Assembly: GCA_035512575.1 (NCBI GenBank)
Contig: DATKDT010000152.1
Location: 965-64,964, forward strand
Direction of reading: 5' to 3'
Length of the DNA stretch: 64,000 nucleotides
From: Vicinamibacterales bacterium
GTDB lineage: Bacteria > Acidobacteriota > Vicinamibacteria > Vicinamibacterales > SCN-69-37
Under the pieces are notes generated by a model. It ran no database searches. It worked only from the letters and a program-made list of their open reading frames with translations, and had not been told where the DNA came from. Shown here in pieces: positions 1 through 7,388 of the stretch; within the stretch, counting starts at the first letter, position 1; each line of letters opens with the position of its first letter. A program made the position numbers and the translations under genes.

Positions 1-224
1 TCGGCCACCAGCATGTCGCAGCCGGCGGTGGTGGACAGATCCGCCTGCACGGCCAGGCCGCGGCGGCCCGCGGCACGCGCGAGCGACGCGGCCTCGTCGG
101 CTTCCGCGCGCGACCGATGCCAGGCGAGCGCCACGTCGGCGCCGTGACGCGCGAGCGCCTCCGCCAGCGCGCCGCCCATGCGCTTTCCACCGGTGATCAG
201 TACGGCTTTTCCGCTTAGTGTCAC
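1..224 (-). CDS. Short-chain dehydrogenase/reductase (SDR), N-terminal part only; C-terminal part lies outside the window
   Basis: Reverse-strand translation from GTG at 224 gives VTLSGKAVLITGGKRMGGALAEALARHGADVALAWHRS..., with the SDR Rossmann TGGxxxxG motif. Absent from the ORF track because it runs off the window edge. Confidence 0.6.
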   Translation of the reverse strand, partial: MTLSGKAVLITGGKRMGGALAEALARHGADVALAWHRSRAEADEAASLARAAGRRGLAVQADLSTTAGCDMLVA

Positions 225-234
225 GCTGGGTTAA

Positions 235-316
235 CCAGTCCAGTTCCAGTTCCAGTTCGCAGTTCTGTCGCGGTCACGGATCGTTGACGGAACTGAGAAC
301 CAGAACTGTAACTGTT
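235..316. repeat. Imperfect hairpin built from CCAGTT/GTTC hexamer tandem repeats (arms 235-267 and 290-316)
   Basis: Left arm is CCAGTCCAGTTCCAGTTCCAGTTCGCAGTTCTG. Right arm GAACTGAGAACCAGAACTGTAACTG is its imperfect reverse complement. The right arm overlaps the doxX-like stop codon. Confidence 0.8.
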
Positions 317-782
317 ACATGCTGCGAATGCGCTGGCGGCCGGCGAGCGCCGATTCGGCGCTGCGATCCAGCAGGCCGTCGATCGAGAGCTCACCCGCGC
401 CGCTGAGCGCCAGACAGACGCAGGATCCAATCAGGACGAAATGGAACTCGTAGCCGTGGCCGACGCCGGGCGTGAGCGCCCAGTTGATGAAGAAGCCGTG
501 CGCGATGTGGGCGACCCAGCCGGCCGCGGCCGTGCCGGCCGCAAGCGCGATGGCCGCCCCGCGCGTCCACGCGCCGAGAAAGACCATCAGCCCGCCGGCA
601 AGCTGCACCACACCCGAAACCACGGCGAGCGGATAGGCAGCGGGAAGGCCGAAATGCTCGTAGCGCGCCGCGGTGAACGCCAGGCCGGCGCCGCCGAAGA
701 CGCCGAACAGCGTCTGCGCCCCGTGCGCGATGAACACCAGGCCGACGGCCACGCGCAGCACGGTGAGACCCCAGCCAGCCAT
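315..782 (-). CDS. DoxX family membrane protein
   Basis: 155-aa ORF with four hydrophobic segments. N-terminus WGLTVLRVAVGLVFIAHGAQTLFG is typical of the DoxX family. ATG at 782, TAA at 315-317. Confidence 0.85.
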   Translation of the reverse strand: MAGWGLTVLRVAVGLVFIAHGAQTLFGVFGGAGLAFTAARYEHFGLPAAYPLAVVSGVVQLAGGLMVFLGAWTRGAAIALAAGTAAAGWVAHIAHGFFINWALTPGVGHGYEFHFVLIGSCVCLALSGAGELSIDGLLDRSAESALAGRQRIRSM

Positions 783-815
783 GGGGCCATTGTGCAGTAG
801 GATGGCCTTCCGTTC

Positions 816-842
816 CAGTTCCAGTTCCAGTTCTCAGTTCTG
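816..842. repeat. CCAGTT/GTTC tandem repeat, direct copy of 241-267
   Basis: CAGTTCCAGTTCCAGTTCTCAGTTCTG matches 241-267 at 26 of 27 positions. It lies in the divergent region between the doxX-like gene and the aminotransferase gene. Confidence 0.85.
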
Positions 843-858
843 CACACAGAGGCGCGCC

Positions 859-2136
859 ATGGACAGACGACGGTTTCTACGGCAGGCGGGCACGGCCGGT
901 GTGGTTGCGGCGGCGGCCTTCAGGGCTGACGGCCTCGCGCGGGTGCTCGCCGCCGGGCGCGACACGGCCGGGGCGGATCCCTCGGCCCTGGCGGCTGACG
1001 AGACATTCTGGCGCGAGATCCAGTCGGCCTTCACGCTCGACCGCACCATCATCAACCTGAACAACGGCGGCGTCTGCCCCAGCCCGCGCGTCGTGCACGA
1101 GGCGCTGAAGCGCTATCTGGACATCTCCAACCAGGCGCCCGTGTACCACATGTGGCAGGTGCTCGAGCCGAACATCGAGTCGGTGCGGCGCGCGCTCGCG
1201 GCGGAAGCCGGCTGCGGCGTCGAGGAGCTCGCGGTCACCCGCAACGCCAGCGAGGCGCTGCAGATCGCGCAGCTCGGCATCGACCTCGCGCCCGGCGACG
1301 AGGTGCTGTCCACCAACCAGGACTACGGCCGCATGCTCGACACCTGGGAGCAGCGCGTGCGCCGCGACCGCATCGTCCTCAACAAGATCGCGTTTCCGGT
1401 GCCGCCGCCGAGCCAGGCCGACCTCGTATCGCGGATCGAAAAGGGGATCACGCCGCGCACGAAGGTGCTGCACGTCTGCCACATCACGAACCTCACGGGC
1501 CACATTTTCCCGGTGCGGCAGATCTGCGACATCGCCCGCGCGCGCGGCATCGTGACGATCATCGACGGCGCGCACGCGTTCGGGCACTTTCCGTTCGCGC
1601 TCCGCGATCTCAACTGCGATTACTACGGCACGAGCCTGCACAAGTGGCTGCTGGCGCCCATCGGCACGGGGTTCCTGCACGTGCGGGCGGACCGGATTGC
1701 GAAGACGTGGGCCCTGCAGCCGACGGCGGCGTCGCGCGACGCCAACATCCGCAAGTTCGAGGAAATCGGGACGCACCCGGCCGCCAACCACAACGCCATT
1801 GCCGAGGCGCTGGTGTTCCATCAGGGCATCGGCATCGAGCGGCGCTACGCGCGGATGCTGTACCTGCGCAACCGCTGGATCGATCAGGTGAAGAGCGAGC
1901 CGCGCATCCGCATCCACACGAGCCTGCGGGAAGGCGAGTCGGGCGCGATCGGCACGGTGCAGATCACGGGCATGAAGACGCCCGAGGTCACCGCGAAGCT
2001 GTGGGAGCGCTGGCGCATCATTGCGACGCCGATCGTGCACGCGGAGTACGAGGGCGCGCGCGTGACGCCGAACGTCTACACCACGCTCGAGGAGATCGAC
2101 ACGTTCGCGGGCGCGCTGAAGACGCTCGCAACGTGA
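859..2136 (+). CDS. Class V aminotransferase / cysteine desulfurase-isopenicillin N epimerase-like PLP enzyme with twin-arginine (Tat) signal
   Basis: In-frame ATG at 859 within ORF 673..2136 gives MDRRRFLRQAGTAGVVAAAAF (Tat motif RRxFL). PLP-lysine context YGTSLHKWLLAP. The upstream 62 codons run through the repeat and look non-coding. Confidence 0.85.
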   Translation: MDRRRFLRQAGTAGVVAAAAFRADGLARVLAAGRDTAGADPSALAADETFWREIQSAFTLDRTIINLNNGGVCPSPRVVHEALKRYLDISNQAPVYHMWQVLEPNIESVRRALAAEAGCGVEELAVTRNASEALQIAQLGIDLAPGDEVLSTNQDYGRMLDTWEQRVRRDRIVLNKIAFPVPPPSQADLVSRIEKGITPRTKVLHVCHITNLTGHIFPVRQICDIARARGIVTIIDGAHAFGHFPFALRDLNCDYYGTSLHKWLLAPIGTGFLHVRADRIAKTWALQPTAASRDANIRKFEEIGTHPAANHNAIAEALVFHQGIGIERRYARMLYLRNRWIDQVKSEPRIRIHTSLREGESGAIGTVQITGMKTPEVTAKLWERWRIIATPIVHAEYEGARVTPNVYTTLEEIDTFAGALKTLAT

Positions 2137-2146
2137 GATGCGAAAC

Positions 2147-2423
2147 GTAAATGGTAAATGGTATATAGCATCGGCTATTGGCTATCGCTGCCGCTTCAGT
2201 GCGGCCGATAGCTCGATCGACACCTCCTCCCGGAATCTCGACGAGCCGAAGGCGAAGAAGAAGGCTTCTCCAATGAAAGCTAGCCGGCCGTGACGGGACG
2301 CGACAAACTCATGTGGGCGACAGGCGTGGCGATAGTCCTGTCGTTTGCTTTCTTCGCGTGGGTGGCGTTCCGCTAATCGTTTCGATCTTCCATAGACAAT
2401 GCTATTTACGATTTACCATTTAC
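2147..2423. repeat. About 280-bp intergenic element bounded by about 34-bp imperfect terminal inverted repeats (GTAAATG heptamer based)
   Basis: Left end is GTAAATGGTAAATGGTATATAGCATCGGCTATTGG (2147-2181). The reverse complement of 2390-2423 is GTAAATGGTAAATCGTAAATAGCATTGTCTATGG. The element fills the gap between two convergent stop codons. Confidence 0.75.
2311..2376 (+). CDS. Candidate 21-aa hydrophobic micro-protein (MWATGVAIVLSFAFFAWVAFR) inside the TIR-bounded element
   Basis: ATG..TAA read directly from the sequence. It forms a single predicted TM-like helix. No clear Shine-Dalgarno sequence, so it could be a chance ORF. Confidence 0.2.
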   Translation: MWATGVAIVLSFAFFAWVAFR

Positions 2424-2426
2424 ATT

Positions 2427-3044
2427 TCAGAAGTTAATCACGATCCCACCCGTCCACATCGATCCATCGCGCGACAGCCGCAGGTGGTCCATGAGCGACC
2501 CGGCGCCGGGGATGCCGAAGGCGCCCGCGCCGTGGTCCAGGCCGGGCTCGTCGTCGCCGAACCGGATGAACGTGTAGCGGTAGTCGGCGAACAGCGACGC
2601 CCGCGCTCCCAGCTTCAGGTCGCCGCCGAAGCCGGCGTGATATCCCATGCGGCGCACGGTGGACTGCGAGAGGACGTCGGCGCCCGACAGCGCCTCCATG
2701 CGCTGGGAGTACCAGCCCACGCCTCCAAGCAGATACGGCGCAATGGCCGCGCGCACCGGATAGAGCATCAGCGAGGCCTGGAGCGGATAGTCGCTGATCC
2801 GCACGGTCGCGTCGTCGCTCGTCGTGGATCGCCAGTCCATGGCCAGCTCGATCGCGGTGCGGGGCGACGTTTTCAGGCGGAGGGCACCGCCCGTGTAGCG
2901 GTCGCTGGCGGTGCCGAGCGCGGGATCGGGCCGCACGAAGCTCATGCGCGGGCCGACGCCGAGAACCTGCGCGGACGCGGGCGACGGAAGAAACGCGAGC
3001 GCCGAGAGGACCGCGAGCGCGGCCGCCGGACGGCAGATGTACAT
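2427..3044 (-). CDS. Outer-membrane beta-barrel protein (OmpW/OmpA-barrel-like porin family)
   Basis: Start at ATG 3044, preceded by GGAGG. Signal peptide MYICRPAAALAVLSALAFLPSPASAQ, alternating beta-strand pattern, and C-terminal aromatic residue (..GGIVINF). Confidence 0.75.
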   Translation of the reverse strand: MYICRPAAALAVLSALAFLPSPASAQVLGVGPRMSFVRPDPALGTASDRYTGGALRLKTSPRTAIELAMDWRSTTSDDATVRISDYPLQASLMLYPVRAAIAPYLLGGVGWYSQRMEALSGADVLSQSTVRRMGYHAGFGGDLKLGARASLFADYRYTFIRFGDDEPGLDHGAGAFGIPGAGSLMDHLRLSRDGSMWTGGIVINF

Positions 3045-3067
3045 GAAAAAGCCTCCGACACAGGTAT

Positions 3068-3303
3068 CGGAGGTTCGGGTTGCACACTTTAGCAAGTTCG
3101 GGGGTTCGGAAGTTCGGGGGTTCGCTTGTCCCGGTTCGGCGAGCACGATCGGAAGCAGGAGGCGCTACCCTGCGACGAGCGACGGGCTGCACGCTGCGCT
3201 CCCCAGTACAACGTGCAGCTTTAACCCCCTGCTCCCGATCGAGCCCGCGAACCAGACCCGCGAACCTCCGAACTTCCGAACCCCGAACCTCCGAACTTCG
3301 AAC
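3068..3303. repeat. About 235-bp imperfect palindrome; outer arms are GTTCGGR tandem repeats and the centre holds an 8-bp stem hairpin (3186-3219)
   Basis: Left arm AAGTTCGGGGGTTCGGAAGTTCGGGGGTTCG...CCGGTTCGGCGAGCACGATCGGAAGCAGG pairs with right arm CCTGCTCCCGATCGAGCCCGCGAACCAG...CGAACCTCCGAACTTCCGAACCCCGAACCTCCGAACTTCGAAC. It exactly fills the gap between the OmpA-like stop codon and the OMP gene's SD. Confidence 0.8.
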
Positions 3304-3947
3304 TACGTCAGCACCTTGATGACGACGCGGCGGTTCTGCGCGCGGCCGTCGCGCGTCTTGTTGTCCGCGACCGGCTTCTCTTCGCCGAAGCTGATCACAT
3401 TCATCTTGTGCAGCGGCACCTGGTGCCGCTCGTAGAGGTAGCGCTTCACCTGCTCGGCGCGCTTCTCGCCAAGTTGCATGTTGTAGGCGTTGGAGCCGGT
3501 CGCGTCGGTGTGGCCTTCGATCTCGATCCACGCGCCGTTCGGATTGGCTTTCAGCTGATTGACGAGATTGTCGATCTCGGCCTTGGCCTCGTCCGGAATC
3601 TCGACGCGGTTCAACTTGAAGTTGCCCTTGTCTTCGCTGAGCGTGACCGAATAGACGAGCCGCTTCGAGGCGGCGTCGAGCGTTTCGACGCGCGTGTTCG
3701 CAATGTTGGCCGCGTTGCGCGCTGCCTCGGCCGTCATGCCGGCCGCGGCGGCCTTCTGATCGACCTCGGTGATGCGGCGCTCGTTGGCGCGCGTCCGCTC
3801 CTGTGTTTCCTCGACCGAACGGCCGAGCGTGTCGACCTTCGTGTTGACCTCGCCGACGCGTGTGTTCACGAACTTCTTCGACGCGCACGCGGTCGAGCCC
3901 GCGAGCACGAACGCCATCACCGGAACTGCCAGAACTATCCTGCGCAT
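3303..3947 (-). CDS. OmpA-family lipoprotein (coiled-coil N-region plus OmpA/MotB peptidoglycan-binding domain)
   Basis: ATG at 3947 with upstream GGAGGAG. Lipobox VLAGSTAC. C-terminal OmpA domain: IEGHTDATGSNAYNMQLGEKRAEQVKRYL...RAQNRRVVIKV. Confidence 0.85.
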   Translation of the reverse strand: MRRIVLAVPVMAFVLAGSTACASKKFVNTRVGEVNTKVDTLGRSVEETQERTRANERRITEVDQKAAAAGMTAEAARNAANIANTRVETLDAASKRLVYSVTLSEDKGNFKLNRVEIPDEAKAEIDNLVNQLKANPNGAWIEIEGHTDATGSNAYNMQLGEKRAEQVKRYLYERHQVPLHKMNVISFGEEKPVADNKTRDGRAQNRRVVIKVLT

Positions 3948-3970
3948 GGTCTCTCCTCCATCTCCCCTGT

Positions 3971-4921
3971 TTAAGAACTGCCGGACCCGCTGCGATAGCC
4001 GGTCCGCGCGCGCACCGAGTAGTCGCGGTCGGTCGCGCGCACCGTCAACGGCCGCCATCCGGGCGGGCCGGGTTCGAAGGCGAGCAGGTACTGGTGCCTG
4101 AGCTCGCCGAGAATCTCGCGCGCCGCCACGCTGGCGTGCGCGGGTGTGCTCGTCACGTGCGTCGAGCCGCCCGTCCAGTAGGCCAGCCGGCCGAGCGCGC
4201 TGTCGGTGCCGGTGACCGCACGCGTCCGCACCGCATCGCCGGTCCCCGCGTGATCGATCGGCGACACCACCGCGAACACATAAATCGGCACGTCGATGGC
4301 GCTCGCAATGGCCGACACCTGCTCCGCCGTCATGCGGCTGCTCGTGTCGATGCCGTCGGTCACGATCACGATGGCCTGGCGGCGCGAGCGATCCGGGCTG
4401 ATGCGCGCGGCAGTGTCGGCCGCCGCGTCGAAAATCGAGGTCTGGCCGAACGCGCGCAGGCTTCGGAACGCCCCATCGATGGCGTCGCGGTCCGACGTGA
4501 ACGGCTGCACTTCGCGCAGCGATCGATCGAAGGCGAAGACCGCGGCCTCGTCGGCCGGCGCGAGGCCGTCCACGAAATGCCGCGTCGCGGCGATCGCGCT
4601 CTCGAGCTTCGACGACACGCTCATGCTGCCGCTGACGTCGAACAGCAGCGCCACGCGGATGGGTGCTTTGGGGTCGAACTGCAGATCCACCAGCGGGCGG
4701 AAATGCCCGCCGTCGATCACTTCGAAGTCGGCCTTGCCGAGCCCCTGCACGAAGCGGCCGCGCCGATCGCGGACCACCGCGCGCACCTGCACCAGGTCGA
4801 CCGACGATTTGAACGTGGGCTGCTGTGCGTTTCCTCTCGCTTCAGCGGCCGGAAGGACCACAAGCGTGAGGAGCGTCAGCATGCCGACCGGAACAGAGGG
4901 GGCTCGTCGCACGCCCACCAT
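3971..4921 (-). CDS. von Willebrand factor A (VWA) domain protein, resembling the acidobacterial VWFA-related family
   Basis: MIDAS-like motif LLFDVSGSMS. Signal/anchor sequence MLTLLTLVVLPAAEA. An alternative start is the ATG at 4882. Confidence 0.8.
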   Translation of the reverse strand: MVGVRRAPSVPVGMLTLLTLVVLPAAEARGNAQQPTFKSSVDLVQVRAVVRDRRGRFVQGLGKADFEVIDGGHFRPLVDLQFDPKAPIRVALLFDVSGSMSVSSKLESAIAATRHFVDGLAPADEAAVFAFDRSLREVQPFTSDRDAIDGAFRSLRAFGQTSIFDAAADTAARISPDRSRRQAIVIVTDGIDTSSRMTAEQVSAIASAIDVPIYVFAVVSPIDHAGTGDAVRTRAVTGTDSALGRLAYWTGGSTHVTSTPAHASVAAREILGELRHQYLLAFEPGPPGWRPLTVRATDRDYSVRARTGYRSGSGSS

Positions 4922-5061
4922 TGAGCACGGCGTGCGCCAAAGACCGTAAATGATTGATGATTAGTCAGTTAGGTGATGCTGGAGGCCCGTAGGACCATGC
5001 CGACGGCGGTGAAAACCGTGTAATTTCTGCTCACCGGGAATTGATTGCGTTCCTTGCTAAC

Positions 5062-6339
5062 ATGGGCCGAATGACCGCCCGCACCTCTTCGGCGTCCGAG
5101 ACCGCCATCCGCATTTCGAGCCGCGTCAGCGGCTTCACCTACGCCATCCGCAACATCGTCGCCGAGGCGCGCAAGGCGGAAGCGGCCGGCACGCGCGTGC
5201 GGTACCTGAACATCGGCGATCCGATTGCCTTCGGCTTCGCGACGCCGCCGCACCTGATCGAGGCGGTCGCGCGCGCGATGCGCGACGGGCACAACGGCTA
5301 CACCGCCTCGAGCGGCATTCCGTCGGCGCGCGAAGCGGTGGCCGAGGACTACACGCGGCGCGGCATGCCCGTCGCGGCCGATCGTGTGGTGCTCACCTCG
5401 GGGACGTCCGAGGGCATCGAGCTCGCCCTGGGCGCGCTGGCCGACGCGGGCGACGAGGTGCTCGTCCCGGTGCCGACCTATCCGCTCTATACGGCGGTGC
5501 TCGCGAAGCTCGGCGCGCGCGCGGTGTTCTATCGTCTCGATCCGTCCAACGGCTGGCAGCCCGATCTCGACGACATCCGCCGGCTGATGTCGCCGGCGAC
5601 GCGCGCGCTGGTGGTCATCGATCCCAACAATCCCACCGGCGCCGTCTATCCCGAGCCGACGCGCCGCGCGCTGCTCGAGATCGCGAGCCGGCACAACGTG
5701 CCGCTGCTGGCCGACGAGGTGTACGGGGAGCTCGGCTACGGCGGGCCGGTGCCGCCGATGGCGAGCCTCGATCCCGATGCGCCGGTCGTGTCCTTTTCGT
5801 CGCTCTCGAAGGCGTATCTCGCGCCGGGCTGGCGCGCCGGGTGGCTCGCCGTGGGCCGCAGTCCGCGGCTGAACGATCTGCTCGCCGCCATCCGCAAGCT
5901 CGCCGACGGACGCCTCTGCAGTCCCGGCCCGATGCAGCACGCGGTGCACGCGGCGCTGACGTCGGATCGCTCGCACCAGAAGACGTTCATCGAGGCGCTG
6001 AAGGCGCGCGCCGCCGTCTCGGTCGAACGGCTCAACGCGATCGAGGGCATCAGCTGCGTGCCGCCTGAATCGGCGTTCTACGTGATGCCGAAGGTCGCGC
6101 TGCCGCCGGGCGTCACCGACGAGGACTACATCGTCGCGCTGCTGCGCGCGACGGGCGTGCTGTGCGTCTACGGATCGGGCTTCGGCCTGCCGGCCGGCGA
6201 CGGGTTCTTCCGCGTCGTGTTCCTGGCGCCGCCCGAGGAGCTGCACGAGATCTACGATCTGATTGCCGCGTTCACTCCCCGTTTCGTCGCGGAGGCCGCC
6301 TCGCGGCCGGGCGGTCCGCGCGCGGGCGCGACGCGATGA
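5062..6339 (+). CDS. Class I/II PLP-dependent aminotransferase (alanine/aspartate aminotransferase-like)
   Basis: Motifs LNIGDP, NNPTGAVY and SFSSLSKAYLAPGWRAGW (PLP lysine). The start is uncertain: TTG 5041, ATG 5062 or ATG 5071. Confidence 0.85.
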   Translation: MGRMTARTSSASETAIRISSRVSGFTYAIRNIVAEARKAEAAGTRVRYLNIGDPIAFGFATPPHLIEAVARAMRDGHNGYTASSGIPSAREAVAEDYTRRGMPVAADRVVLTSGTSEGIELALGALADAGDEVLVPVPTYPLYTAVLAKLGARAVFYRLDPSNGWQPDLDDIRRLMSPATRALVVIDPNNPTGAVYPEPTRRALLEIASRHNVPLLADEVYGELGYGGPVPPMASLDPDAPVVSFSSLSKAYLAPGWRAGWLAVGRSPRLNDLLAAIRKLADGRLCSPGPMQHAVHAALTSDRSHQKTFIEALKARAAVSVERLNAIEGISCVPPESAFYVMPKVALPPGVTDEDYIVALLRATGVLCVYGSGFGLPAGDGFFRVVFLAPPEELHEIYDLIAAFTPRFVAEAASRPGGPRAGATR

Positions 6340-7388
6340 CCGTCGAGGAGCGCGATCCGCGCCAGCTTATTCTCTGGACGATCGAGATGGCGCTGCTGGG
6401 CGTCGTCCTGCTCTACGCGGCGTACCTGATCCGCCACGTCCTGCTGCTGCTCTACATCAGCGGCATCTTCGCGATCGGGTTCAGCCCGATCGTCCGCTGG
6501 ATCGAGCGCCAGCGTCTGCTGCCGATCGGCACGCGGCTGCCCCGCTGGCTGGCCATTCTGATCCTCTACCTGTTCATCATCAGCGCGATGGTCGGCGTCT
6601 TCGCGATGATCCTCCCGCCGCTCATCGCGCAGGCCCGGGCGTTCTGGGAGCATCTGCCGGATCTGCTGGCCCGCGGCCAGGCGTTCCTGATCGATCGCGG
6701 CTTCCTGCAGCGGCAGCTGTCGATGCAGGAGCTGCTGCAGCGCGCGCCCGGGTCGGACGGCGACACGGTGGGCCGCGTCATCACGGCGGCGTGGGGATTC
6801 TTCGGCGGCATCTTCGGCCTGTTCACGATCCTGATCCTGACCTTCTATCTGCTGGTCGAGGCCGACGCGATCCGGTCGTCGTTCCTGCGCCTCTTCCCGC
6901 GCGGCCGGCGCTCGCAGGTGGCCAACGCCAGCGCGGAGGTCACGCTGAAAGTCAGCGCGTGGCTCAACGGCCAGCTGCTGCTGGCGGCCATCATCGGCGT
7001 CACCGCGGCGATCGGCCTGTGGCTGATCGGCGTGCCGTACTTCTACGTGCTTGCGCTCATCGCCGCCATCGGGGAGATGATTCCCATCGTCGGACCGATT
7101 CTCGCGGCGATTCCGGCCATCGCGGTGGCGTCGAGCGTGTCGGGCCAGCAGGCGCTGTGGGTCGCGCTCTTCTTCATCGCGCAGCAGCAGATCGAAAACC
7201 ACCTGCTCGTGCCGAAGATCATGGAGCGGCAGGTCGGCATCAGCCCCGTGGTCGTCATCGTCGCGCTGCTGATTGGGGGATCCCTGCTGGGCGTGATGGG
7301 GGCGATACTGGCGGTCCCCACCGCGGCGATCTTCCAGGTGATGTATCAGGAGCTCGAGCGCCGCCGTGGCGACCCCGCCCGCGACTGA
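6336..7388 (+). CDS. AI-2E family transporter (PerM-like permease)
   Basis: ATG at 6336 overlaps the upstream TGA (ATGA). Multi-TM protein with conserved C-terminal IPIVGPILAAIP and ENHLLVPKIM segments. Confidence 0.85.
   Translation: MTVEERDPRQLILWTIEMALLGVVLLYAAYLIRHVLLLLYISGIFAIGFSPIVRWIERQRLLPIGTRLPRWLAILILYLFIISAMVGVFAMILPPLIAQARAFWEHLPDLLARGQAFLIDRGFLQRQLSMQELLQRAPGSDGDTVGRVITAAWGFFGGIFGLFTILILTFYLLVEADAIRSSFLRLFPRGRRSQVANASAEVTLKVSAWLNGQLLLAAIIGVTAAIGLWLIGVPYFYVLALIAAIGEMIPIVGPILAAIPAIAVASSVSGQQALWVALFFIAQQQIENHLLVPKIMERQVGISPVVVIVALLIGGSLLGVMGAILAVPTAAIFQVMYQELERRRGDPARD

Noticed and set aside
673-858. N-terminal extensions offered by the ORF track. Examples: 673-858 of the aminotransferase, 43805-44128 of wzm, 46329-46541 of atpD, 19137-19298 of the lipid kinase, 29020-29142 of the SDR, 52317-52397 of parB, 28223-28723 of the YhaM-like gene.
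   Set aside because: The extensions run through repeats or through the preceding gene in another frame, have Arg/Pro-rich composition, and sit upstream of internal starts that give canonical N-termini or signal peptides with SD sequences or coupling overlaps.
2222-2260. Small minus-strand ORF following the strong GGAGGAGG tract inside the TIR element (VSIELSAALKRQR).
   Set aside because: It is only 13 codons, its start codon is embedded in the SD-like tract itself, and it has no supporting features.
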